In this document: positions 7,253-14,636 of the stretch, piece after piece | Layout of the letters: each line of letters opens with the position of its first letter | Numbering within the stretch: position 1 is the stretch's first letter | NCBI GenBank assembly: GCA_964426185.1 | Contig: CAYRPF010000078.1 | Span: 1-14,636, forward strand | Direction: 5' to 3' | DNA length: 14,636 nt | DNA from: an uncultured archaeon | GTDB taxonomy: Archaea; Asgardarchaeota; Lokiarchaeia; Sigyniarchaeales; Promethearchaeaceae | Translations under genes and position numbers: made by a program | Notes under the pieces: generated by a model | Seen by the model: only the letters and a program-made list of their open reading frames with translations | What the model was told of the DNA's origin: nothing | The model's database searches: none

Positions 7253-7468
7253 ATGAATTGTAAGGTTTGCAATAAAGAAACAACTGTTATTTGTCATAGT
7301 TGTAAGCAAGGAATTTGTTCAGAACATGGCTATCATATAAGAAAATACTTTTATTGCGCTGATTGTTTCTTTGAAGAGAGAAAAAAAGGTCTTCTAAAAT
7401 CATGGGGTATGGTATTTATTTTATTAATAATAGGGATAATAACAGTGTTATTGATGAAATCAAATTGA
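7253..7468 (+). CDS. B-box-like two-zinc finger protein with a C-terminal transmembrane anchor (71 aa)
   Basis: C-x2-C-x7-C-x2-C-x4-C-x2-H-x9-C-x2-C, then a basic linker (RKK) and the hydrophobic helix WGMVFILLIIGIITVLLM ending 3 aa from the C-terminus. Confidence 0.8.
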   Translation: MNCKVCNKETTVICHSCKQGICSEHGYHIRKYFYCADCFFEERKKGLLKSWGMVFILLIIGIITVLLMKSN

Positions 7469-7483
7469 AATTAATAATTTAAA

Positions 7484-7495
7484 TTTTTCTTTTTT
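7484..7495 (+). terminator. Putative oligo-T terminator after the zinc-finger gene
   Basis: TTTTTCTTTTTT starts 16 nt after the stop, with a further T run near 7506-7510. Confidence 0.45.
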
Positions 7496-7604
7496 ACCCA
7501 AATCTTTTTTCTGAAAATTTAGGCTGAAATAAGCCCGATATTAGATTTTCTTTTAAATTATTTTTCGTTGTATTCAAGTATTAATTAAATTTGTTGAAAT
7601 TTGT

Positions 7605-10600
7605 ATGGGAAATCGATTAGGTTACTTTACCAGGCAAGGCATATACAATATAAAATCGTCTTTTTTAATATTAATTGCATTTTCCTTGACGCTTTCAATG
7701 GTAGCGGGTTTATTTTTTTATTCTGAATCATATAAATCTTATTTAATTGAAGATGATTTCTCAGAGATGCTTGATTTCAATTTTATTTTCTCACGATCAA
7801 CAATAAATCCTCAAAAGGGATTTGAAACTGTCGAATCAGATTTTCTTCAACAAATTGATAGTTGTAATATAACATTTGAAGATTTGTGTTATTATGGAAA
7901 CTTCAAATCCAATTACATGAGAATTTTTTTCAATTACTCTTCTCTATCGAATAATTTCAAACAAAACTATAATTCAAGTATAGATTCAATGTTCGACGTT
8001 GATCTTTTCAGTGATAATTTCTATTCTTCCCAAAGATTTTCTGAATTTTTTACAATATTTGAAGGAGAAATACCAAAAGAAGAGAATGAAATATTTATTG
8101 ATTATTTTTATGCTGAACTTTGGAATGTTCATGCCGGTGATACAATTAATTTTACAATTAAAAAATCTTGGAATTATAGAGAAAATTATTTTATTTGGGG
8201 AGGAGATAGAACAAAATATCCTAGAGTTAATGAACCCTATTACCAAAATGAAAAGGAGTTCTATATATCAATTCCTTTGCGTATTTCAGGGATATATACA
8301 TCAAAATTTCCAAGTTATGAAATTGCTCAAAAAAGATACATCCGAAATTATGAATGGAATAATTTACAAAAACAATTTAATATAGATTACAATCAACCAA
8401 TAAATGCCCCAATATTTGGAACATACAATTTTACTTCTAAATCAAGTTTTCATCCAATTATGCAATTAATATATGACACAGATTCTATTTATGATTCTGA
8501 TTCGTCTCCTGATGTTTGTCATATGACTTATGGAATGATGGGTTTTTTTAACCGTAATCAAATAGAATTCGGAGATTTCATAGAATTTTCGGAATCAATA
8601 GAACTAGAAATGTATAGAATAAAATCAGATATCTATCGCACTTATACTTATATGAATTATCTTACAAATGATTTAAGAGAGATTTATCAAAAATCAACAT
8701 ATGTTAGGAATGTGTCCCTCCTTATTTCTATCCCTTTAAGCACAATCGCAATATTTTTAGGATTTTTTGCTCGTAAAACAGAAACAGAGACTCGACTTGA
8801 GGAATTTTTGCTTTTAAGAAGCAAGGGATCATCAAGTTTTATGATTCTTTCTCAGTACTTATTTGAAAGTCTTTTCTTGGGAATAGTTGTGACAATTATT
8901 GGAACTCTTTTTGGAGTTTTAGATTTCTATATATTCCAAGAATTATTTAATCAAATTTTCGATATTGGGTCAAATCTGACATTAAATTTAATAATAAATT
9001 TGGAAGCAATAGGAAAAATTACATTAGTAGGGATAGCAACGACATTTTTAGGAAGTCTATCAGGAATTAAATATATCATTGGAATTCCCACTAACAAAAT
9101 CTTGAATACAATTGGATCAGAGAATCTGGAAGTAGATTTTGATGAAAAAACCTTATTCTCTAATTATGGCTCTTTAAAGAAAAATGAATTATCAAATCAA
9201 AACTCAGAAGAACTAAATCATAAAGATCAGAAGATAGGAAATTCCACTGAAATGTATAACCTCATGAGACCATTTTCGATTTATTCGAAAATAGAACAAC
9301 AAAAAGATAAGAGAAATGATGATCCTATTAAGAAAAAGACACGAAAAATACCTAAATATAGTAGAATTTTAATTTTATTTTCATTTATCCCTTTGGTTTT
9401 TTATATTCTGATATATATAAGTAGTAGAAGCGATTTATCCGATAGTTTCCTTAAAATAATAAACTGGATCTCCAATTATAGCAACATTTTTTCTTATTTG
9501 ATTATTTTATCACCTGTTTTATTCGTACTGGGCATCTTGCGGTTCATTATCATTGAAAAACCCAGGTTTTTTGCCCGGTTATCAAGATCAATATCTAAGA
9601 TTTTTATTCATGACCGTTCTTACCTAGTCGGAATTGAGATGTTAAAACAGAAGCAATTTAAAACAATTATTTTAATTTTGAGCGTTTTTGCTTCTTCCTA
9701 TAGTTATATGAATGTTTATGCAAATACATCGATTAGGCATTCGCATGTGATAAATAATTTTCAAGTTGGTTCAGATATAAAAGTGGAAATAAGTAGTTAT
9801 AATCCGAATGTAACAAACTTAGCTGATATCAGCGAAGTTGAAGCGAATTTTCTGAATTATATCCCATTTTCATTAAATTCGCCAATATTCAGAAATATTT
9901 TGACAGTTTTTGTTGAAAATAATAATGATTTCAACCCTGAAACGCGTTACATATATTATTTTGATGTTCAAAATTACAGAAATATCATATCAGAAAATCA
10001 TAAACCTGTTCCTTACCCAAGTTTTCTTCAAGAATTAGATTCCTATATCTCTTATTGTAGAAATAAAGACAATGAACTTCCTGGAATACTTGTAAATGAT
10101 GTATTTTTAGACAATTATCATTTGAATGTCAGTGATAAGGTAAATTTAACTCATGAATACTTCCAAAAGTATCCATTACTCAAAAATAAAACCAGTTATC
10201 AAGCAAAAATTATAGGCAAAATAAATCTTATGCCAGGTTTATTCCCTGAAGAACAAGAAGGTGAAAATTTAGATGAGCATATCATTTTTGATTTTTCGCA
10301 AATGAATTATGAATCAAATCTAACGTTACCTACTAGAGAAATCATTGAAATGATCGACTTAGATACCAATATTTATTCAGAATATTCTAATAGAGAAATA
10401 AAGGATATGATCCTTCAAGCTACGAATTATTCGATAAGATTCAATGACTTTCAATATTATTTCCAAAATTGGGATGATTCTACTCTGAATTTTAAAGAAA
10501 ATGCGCTGGGTTTTTATGTTATTTTATACTTAGATTTTATTTTTACAGGCATATTAATTGCAGTTGGTATTGCAATTATAATACTTACAGTTCAAAAGAA

Positions 10601-10925
10601 GAATAAATATTTTAACGGAATTCTATTAGCCCGTGGATTTGGAAAAAAGGGGTTAATTAAATTGATTATTAGTGAAATCCAAATCATTTTTGGGATTGGT
10701 CTTATATTAGGAACAATTACAGGAATTGGATTTTCTGCTTCTTATATTACGCTTTATGAATCTGGACTTAGTTCCTATAATGGGATAAAACTACCATTCT
10801 ATTTCAATTTCAGCGAATATCTTATGCTAGTGGGGGGTATTTTAGTAAGTGCCCTTCTATTTACAATATTGTCTTATTTTCTTGAAATTCATAAATCAAT
10901 CAGTAAATACATACATAAATTCTAA
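7605..10925 (+). CDS. FtsX/MacB-like ABC transporter permease, duplicated two-half architecture (1106 aa)
   Basis: TM helix, large loop containing GEIPKEENEIFID, and an FtsX-type coupling segment RLEEFLLLRSKG...ESLFLG. A second half has QVGSDIKV and GILLARGFGKKGL...SE. The cognate ATPase lies downstream. Confidence 0.88.
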   Translation: MGNRLGYFTRQGIYNIKSSFLILIAFSLTLSMVAGLFFYSESYKSYLIEDDFSEMLDFNFIFSRSTINPQKGFETVESDFLQQIDSCNITFEDLCYYGNFKSNYMRIFFNYSSLSNNFKQNYNSSIDSMFDVDLFSDNFYSSQRFSEFFTIFEGEIPKEENEIFIDYFYAELWNVHAGDTINFTIKKSWNYRENYFIWGGDRTKYPRVNEPYYQNEKEFYISIPLRISGIYTSKFPSYEIAQKRYIRNYEWNNLQKQFNIDYNQPINAPIFGTYNFTSKSSFHPIMQLIYDTDSIYDSDSSPDVCHMTYGMMGFFNRNQIEFGDFIEFSESIELEMYRIKSDIYRTYTYMNYLTNDLREIYQKSTYVRNVSLLISIPLSTIAIFLGFFARKTETETRLEEFLLLRSKGSSSFMILSQYLFESLFLGIVVTIIGTLFGVLDFYIFQELFNQIFDIGSNLTLNLIINLEAIGKITLVGIATTFLGSLSGIKYIIGIPTNKILNTIGSENLEVDFDEKTLFSNYGSLKKNELSNQNSEELNHKDQKIGNSTEMYNLMRPFSIYSKIEQQKDKRNDDPIKKKTRKIPKYSRILILFSFIPLVFYILIYISSRSDLSDSFLKIINWISNYSNIFSYLIILSPVLFVLGILRFIIIEKPRFFARLSRSISKIFIHDRSYLVGIEMLKQKQFKTIILILSVFASSYSYMNVYANTSIRHSHVINNFQVGSDIKVEISSYNPNVTNLADISEVEANFLNYIPFSLNSPIFRNILTVFVENNNDFNPETRYIYYFDVQNYRNIISENHKPVPYPSFLQELDSYISYCRNKDNELPGILVNDVFLDNYHLNVSDKVNLTHEYFQKYPLLKNKTSYQAKIIGKINLMPGLFPEEQEGENLDEHIIFDFSQMNYESNLTLPTREIIEMIDLDTNIYSEYSNREIKDMILQATNYSIRFNDFQYYFQNWDDSTLNFKENALGFYVILYLDFIFTGILIAVGIAIIILTVQKKNKYFNGILLARGFGKKGLIKLIISEIQIIFGIGLILGTITGIGFSASYITLYESGLSSYNGIKLPFYFNFSEYLMLVGGILVSALLFTILSYFLEIHKSISKYIHKF

Positions 10926-10941
10926 GGAGAAGATGAAAAAC

Positions 10942-13900
10942 ATGCTTTCACGTTTAAGATTTTATAATTCACAGGGTATTTTTAACGTAAGACGCTCAAT
11001 ATTATTGATATTTGGTTTTGGTATTGCATTAAGTTCTGTAGCAGGAATCTTCTTTGTTAGTAATTCCTATTCAAAAGAATTAATCCAGAATTCTCAATAT
11101 GATAAAATTGATTTTACTATAAAAACTGCAGATCTTTCTTATGATAATTTTCAGATTACAGAACTTAAAGAAATGGATTTCTGGGAATCTGACATTGATA
11201 TTGGTGCGTTATTTCCTTATTTTACGGAAAAATATCCTAGTTTATTTATTTTTAAGAATTATTCTTCAATTTCAAGTGAATTACGACCAATTACGTATGA
11301 TTATGTAATTAATAGGCTACTTTTCTATCTATTTGATGAAGAATTCTATCACTCAAATTTTCCTAATAACTTAATAAATCTTCAAAATGGTTCTTTTCCT
11401 GAAAGAGAAAATGAGATAATGATAGATTATGGATTTGCCAAAGTAATGAATTTATCAATTGGGGAGACAACTTCTTTGAATATTATTGGAGTAGAAGAAG
11501 ATTTGGAATTTTTTTCGAATTTTGTCAAAATTGATAATTTGTCATATAATAATTCCATTTTCAATCTAACAATTACTGGAATTTATACAATTGAAAATGA
11601 AGGTTTGGATTTATTTTTTGAAAGTTACATGCCCATATATAAATTTACTGAAGACTCAGAAGAAATCAGAGTTAAAGATACAGGAATTTTAGAAGTTCCT
11701 ATATTAGGTTATCATAATTTCTCTAATTCTAAAGAAAATAATTCTTTCATCAAATTTAGTGAAGAAAATTCATTTTTTTTTCAAAATATAAATCATCATC
11801 AAGGATTTTTTGGTTCCCTTGAGAAGAAATCCATTGATTTCAATAAATTGAATTTAGAAATACAAAGATTTTCACATTATTTTTTGCTAATTAATCAAAA
11901 TCTTCCATATCAATACACTCTTGAAGAAAAACTTACAACAGAATTGGAAACATTATACAATCTACAGAATCAAGTTTCTACTCAATTGCAATTAATTAAT
12001 ATTCCAATCGCGGTTTTTGCATTACTATTGGGTTCTTATTCGATTCGTTCAAATATAAAAGGACGATTGAAAGAGATTCTATTATTAAAAAGTAAAGGAA
12101 CTCCAAAAAGAATGATATATAACCAAGTAATTAGTGAATCTTTCTATATTGGATTACTTTCAGCAATAATTGGTTTTTTAGGAGGGATTTCATTATTCTT
12201 TCTCCTCAGAGACGCCGTTCAATACGCTTTTGGATTGCCATATTTCTTTGAAAAACTGGCAATTTCGATGAAACTCGATACATTTATATGGGTGACAGTA
12301 ATTTCTATTTCAATCTCTGAGTTTTCAAGTCTTTCGAGTTTTTTTTATCTTAAAACGCTTTCAACACGAGAATTATTGAACATTATTGGCCAGGACAAGC
12401 TAAATATTTTCTATGATGAGAAATCACTTTTTGCTTCTGAAAAGAAAAAAAATAAAATTCTAATCGGTGATACCCCTTTTGCTAAATCTAATTCAAAAGT
12501 AAATAAAGAAAAATCTTCAAGAAAAAAGAGATTTTTATCAAAACTATTTGGAAGATCGTTATACAAAGACACTCTCGATGATTCCAATAAAATATTAAAA
12601 AAAAGAGCATGGCTATATCTTCTTATTTCTATTATTCCTTTGGCCTTAGATATTCTTTATAGATATTTAATCAGTCACTCCATTTCAGATTATTGGGAAT
12701 CAGTTATTCCATCTTTAAAGAAATTATTTGAAAATTTTTACCCCATTTTATTAATTGGAACACTTTTATTCAGCTATGGTATGATTAGAATTATTTCTGT
12801 AGAACATCCCAGTTTTTTTGTAAAATTTACAAATAAAATCTCATCATTTATTGTGGGGCGTAGAAGTAAAATTGCTTCAATTAATATTATTCGAAGAAAA
12901 CCATATATTACAGTAATGGTCATTTTCGGGTTATTTATCTCCGCTTTCTCATTTGCAAGCATCGCAATTCAATCTGTTTCATTATACGATACTATTTCAA
13001 AAAATGTTGCAGTTGGAGGTGATATTCGTGTTGAGATGCAGCAAATGAGTTATACCAATGATCCATTGGGGGAGTGGAAATTATTAGATAATTATAATAT
13101 TTATTCTAATTATGATATCCAATTACTTGAAGAAGAAATTAAGAACCTAACGATAGGAGATAGTTATAAACTTGGAAGAGATGTTGTGACTATTTTTACG
13201 GAAATTACAAACAGTTACACTATTTCAATTTATTATTTTGATTTTGCAAAATATTTAAAAATTATTACTGAAGGAAATAAATTTTTACCAGAAAAATCTT
13301 TAATTTCAAAATTTGAAGATGCGATAAAGTATAACTCTAAAAATACGAACAATATGCCCGGAATAATTGTAAATTCAGAATTTTTAGAATTTACGAAATT
13401 AAAGATAAATGATCAGTTTGATTTCACTCATACATTTTGGAATCAAACAAGACTTACAGTGGAAAGCGAAGATATAGAAACGAAAATCTTAAATTCTGTA
13501 GATATTGCCCCAGGAATTACTGGTTATAAACAAAATCTTGAAAAATGGGAGAAAATAGTTGTATTTTTCGACGTAAATCAATTGGGTTATGTGAATTCAA
13601 CCAAGGTACTCCATTCTCTCAAAATTTATCAATTAATAGATATCGTTCCATATACGCTATCTCCAACTACCTTTAAAGATTTATGTGGAAAACAAATAAC
13701 AATGACCGTATATTCTTCCATTTCTGTTTATTATCAAAATTGGAACGATATAAACGATCTTCCACAGCCATTTAAAGGGATTAAAAATGTAATTTCAATT
13801 GAATTATTATCTATGGGCATTCTTATAGCATTTGGTTTAGCTATAATAATTTTTTTCACGATAAGAAATGATCAAGAAGTCAATGGAGTTTTACTTTCAC

Positions 13901-14196
13901 GAGGTTTTGGAAAAATTGGGGTATATAACTTAATTTTAGTGGAGTTATTTAACATCTTTCTTATCCCAAGTTGTATCAGTTTAATATATTCTTTGATCTT
14001 TACAAAACCACTTCTAAATATATTAAACCATACATTTAATCTATATCCGGTTAATTGGAATCTTCCACTAGTTTTTGATACAACCCAAATTTTGTCAAGT
14101 ATTATACTAATTCCAATAATTAGCATCATAATATTCACAATTGTATTTAGTTTTCAAACAAAGAAATCTATAAGTTCATTTTTTAAACATTTTTAA
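10942..14196 (+). CDS. Second, paralogous FtsX/MacB-like ABC permease; start revised from 10849 to ATG 10942 (10933 also possible)
   Basis: Motifs GSFPERENEIMID, RLKEILLLKSKG...SESFYIG, AVGGDIRV and GVLLSRGFGK. MLSRLRFYNSQGIFN aligns with the first permease's MGNRLGYFTRQGIYN. The RBS AAGGAG overlaps the upstream TAA at 10923-10929. Confidence 0.88.
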   Translation: MLSRLRFYNSQGIFNVRRSILLIFGFGIALSSVAGIFFVSNSYSKELIQNSQYDKIDFTIKTADLSYDNFQITELKEMDFWESDIDIGALFPYFTEKYPSLFIFKNYSSISSELRPITYDYVINRLLFYLFDEEFYHSNFPNNLINLQNGSFPERENEIMIDYGFAKVMNLSIGETTSLNIIGVEEDLEFFSNFVKIDNLSYNNSIFNLTITGIYTIENEGLDLFFESYMPIYKFTEDSEEIRVKDTGILEVPILGYHNFSNSKENNSFIKFSEENSFFFQNINHHQGFFGSLEKKSIDFNKLNLEIQRFSHYFLLINQNLPYQYTLEEKLTTELETLYNLQNQVSTQLQLINIPIAVFALLLGSYSIRSNIKGRLKEILLLKSKGTPKRMIYNQVISESFYIGLLSAIIGFLGGISLFFLLRDAVQYAFGLPYFFEKLAISMKLDTFIWVTVISISISEFSSLSSFFYLKTLSTRELLNIIGQDKLNIFYDEKSLFASEKKKNKILIGDTPFAKSNSKVNKEKSSRKKRFLSKLFGRSLYKDTLDDSNKILKKRAWLYLLISIIPLALDILYRYLISHSISDYWESVIPSLKKLFENFYPILLIGTLLFSYGMIRIISVEHPSFFVKFTNKISSFIVGRRSKIASINIIRRKPYITVMVIFGLFISAFSFASIAIQSVSLYDTISKNVAVGGDIRVEMQQMSYTNDPLGEWKLLDNYNIYSNYDIQLLEEEIKNLTIGDSYKLGRDVVTIFTEITNSYTISIYYFDFAKYLKIITEGNKFLPEKSLISKFEDAIKYNSKNTNNMPGIIVNSEFLEFTKLKINDQFDFTHTFWNQTRLTVESEDIETKILNSVDIAPGITGYKQNLEKWEKIVVFFDVNQLGYVNSTKVLHSLKIYQLIDIVPYTLSPTTFKDLCGKQITMTVYSSISVYYQNWNDINDLPQPFKGIKNVISIELLSMGILIAFGLAIIIFFTIRNDQEVNGVLLSRGFGKIGVYNLILVELFNIFLIPSCISLIYSLIFTKPLLNILNHTFNLYPVNWNLPLVFDTTQILSSIILIPIISIIIFTIVFSFQTKKSISSFFKHF

Positions 14197-14244
14197 AACT
14201 TTTTTTAAGATTAAAAATAAATTACCACAAAGAGGTGTTTCACA

Positions 14245-14636
14245 ATGACATTAGAAAATGATGATATCAAAAAAAATAATATAATATTAGACACTGTAGA
14301 ATCTCAATCAAAATTTCAAAAAAGAAAAGTAAATATCAGTATAAAAAACGTTTATCGAATTTTCAATCAAGGAAAATTGGAAGTTGTTGCATTAAAAGCC
14401 ATAAATCTTGATATTTATGCTGGAGAAATTGTAGTAATAATGGGACCATCTGGTTCAGGAAAAACTACTTTATTAAATTGCATTTCAGGAATGGATCAAG
14501 TAACTGCCGGACAAATACTAATACGTGGATATGATATTACTCGGATGAAAGATGAGGGAATACAAAAAATATTACAAAATGAAATTGGGATAGTATTTCA
14601 ATTTTTCAATTTAATCCCTAGTTTAACCGCTGAGGG
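14245..14636 (+). CDS. LolD/MacB/FtsE-family ABC transporter ATP-binding protein, 3' truncated by the window end and not in the ORF track
   Basis: Manual translation: MTLENDD...VVALKAINLDIYAGEIVVIMGPSGSGKTTLLNCISGMDQVTAG...IGIVFQFFNLIPSLTAE. Walker A at 14443-14466, Q-loop VFQFFNL, and a GAGGTG RBS at 14232-14237. Confidence 0.95.
   Translation, partial: MTLENDDIKKNNIILDTVESQSKFQKRKVNISIKNVYRIFNQGKLEVVALKAINLDIYAGEIVVIMGPSGSGKTTLLNCISGMDQVTAGQILIRGYDITRMKDEGIQKILQNEIGIVFQFFNLIPSLTAE

Noticed and set aside
7522-7535. Small hairpin GGCT-GAAATA-AGCC upstream of the first permease as an RNA element
   Set aside because: It has only a 4-bp stem and no larger structure, so it is not distinguishable from chance.
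10849-10941. GTG start at 10849 giving a 77-nt overlap of the two permeases
   Set aside because: The RBS at 10924-10929 and N-terminal alignment with the paralogue point to ATG 10942 (or 10933).
7986-14138. Short ORFs 7986..8246, 7999..8385, 12774..12962 and 13872..14138
   Set aside because: They are nested in or antisense to the permeases. Their hydrophobic, Ile/Lys-rich composition is expected from AT-rich alternative frames.
7605-14636. Horizontally acquired island, suggested by the permeases looking more AT-rich than trxB and nadA
   Set aside because: No integrase, transposase, tRNA or flanking repeats are present. Membrane-protein composition and expression-linked codon bias can explain the difference, and GC was not computed.
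1-14636. CRISPR array, tRNA/rRNA genes or IS elements
   Set aside because: All intergenic gaps are under about 180 nt and AT-rich, with no spaced repeats, cloverleaf or GC-rich stems, or terminal inverted repeats.

Overview
AT-rich, gene-dense prokaryotic window that reads as archaeal, most likely Asgard (Lokiarchaeia-like). This lineage call is inferred from two longin/uDENN-like ORFs, a stand-alone SCP2 protein, TATA-like boxes about 30 nt before start codons, GGAGG/GAGGTG ribosome-binding sites and oligo-T terminators. Gene order, left to right: two longin-like genes (-), quinolinate synthase nadA (-), a divergent thioredoxin reductase (+), an SCP2 protein (-), a GH20-derived protein that appears to lack most of its catalytic barrel (-), an acyltransferase-3 membrane protein (-), a 72-aa membrane protein (-), a tail-anchored B-box-like zinc finger (+), two paralogous ~1100-aa FtsX/MacB-type ABC permeases (+), and the 5' part of a LolD/MacB-type ABC ATPase (+) that is absent from the ORF track. 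I found no RNA genes, CRISPR arrays or mobile elements. The best leads are the longin gene pair, the GH20 pseudoenzyme, the paired giant permeases and the membrane-anchored B-box microprotein. All family calls come from reading motifs by eye; no database search was run.
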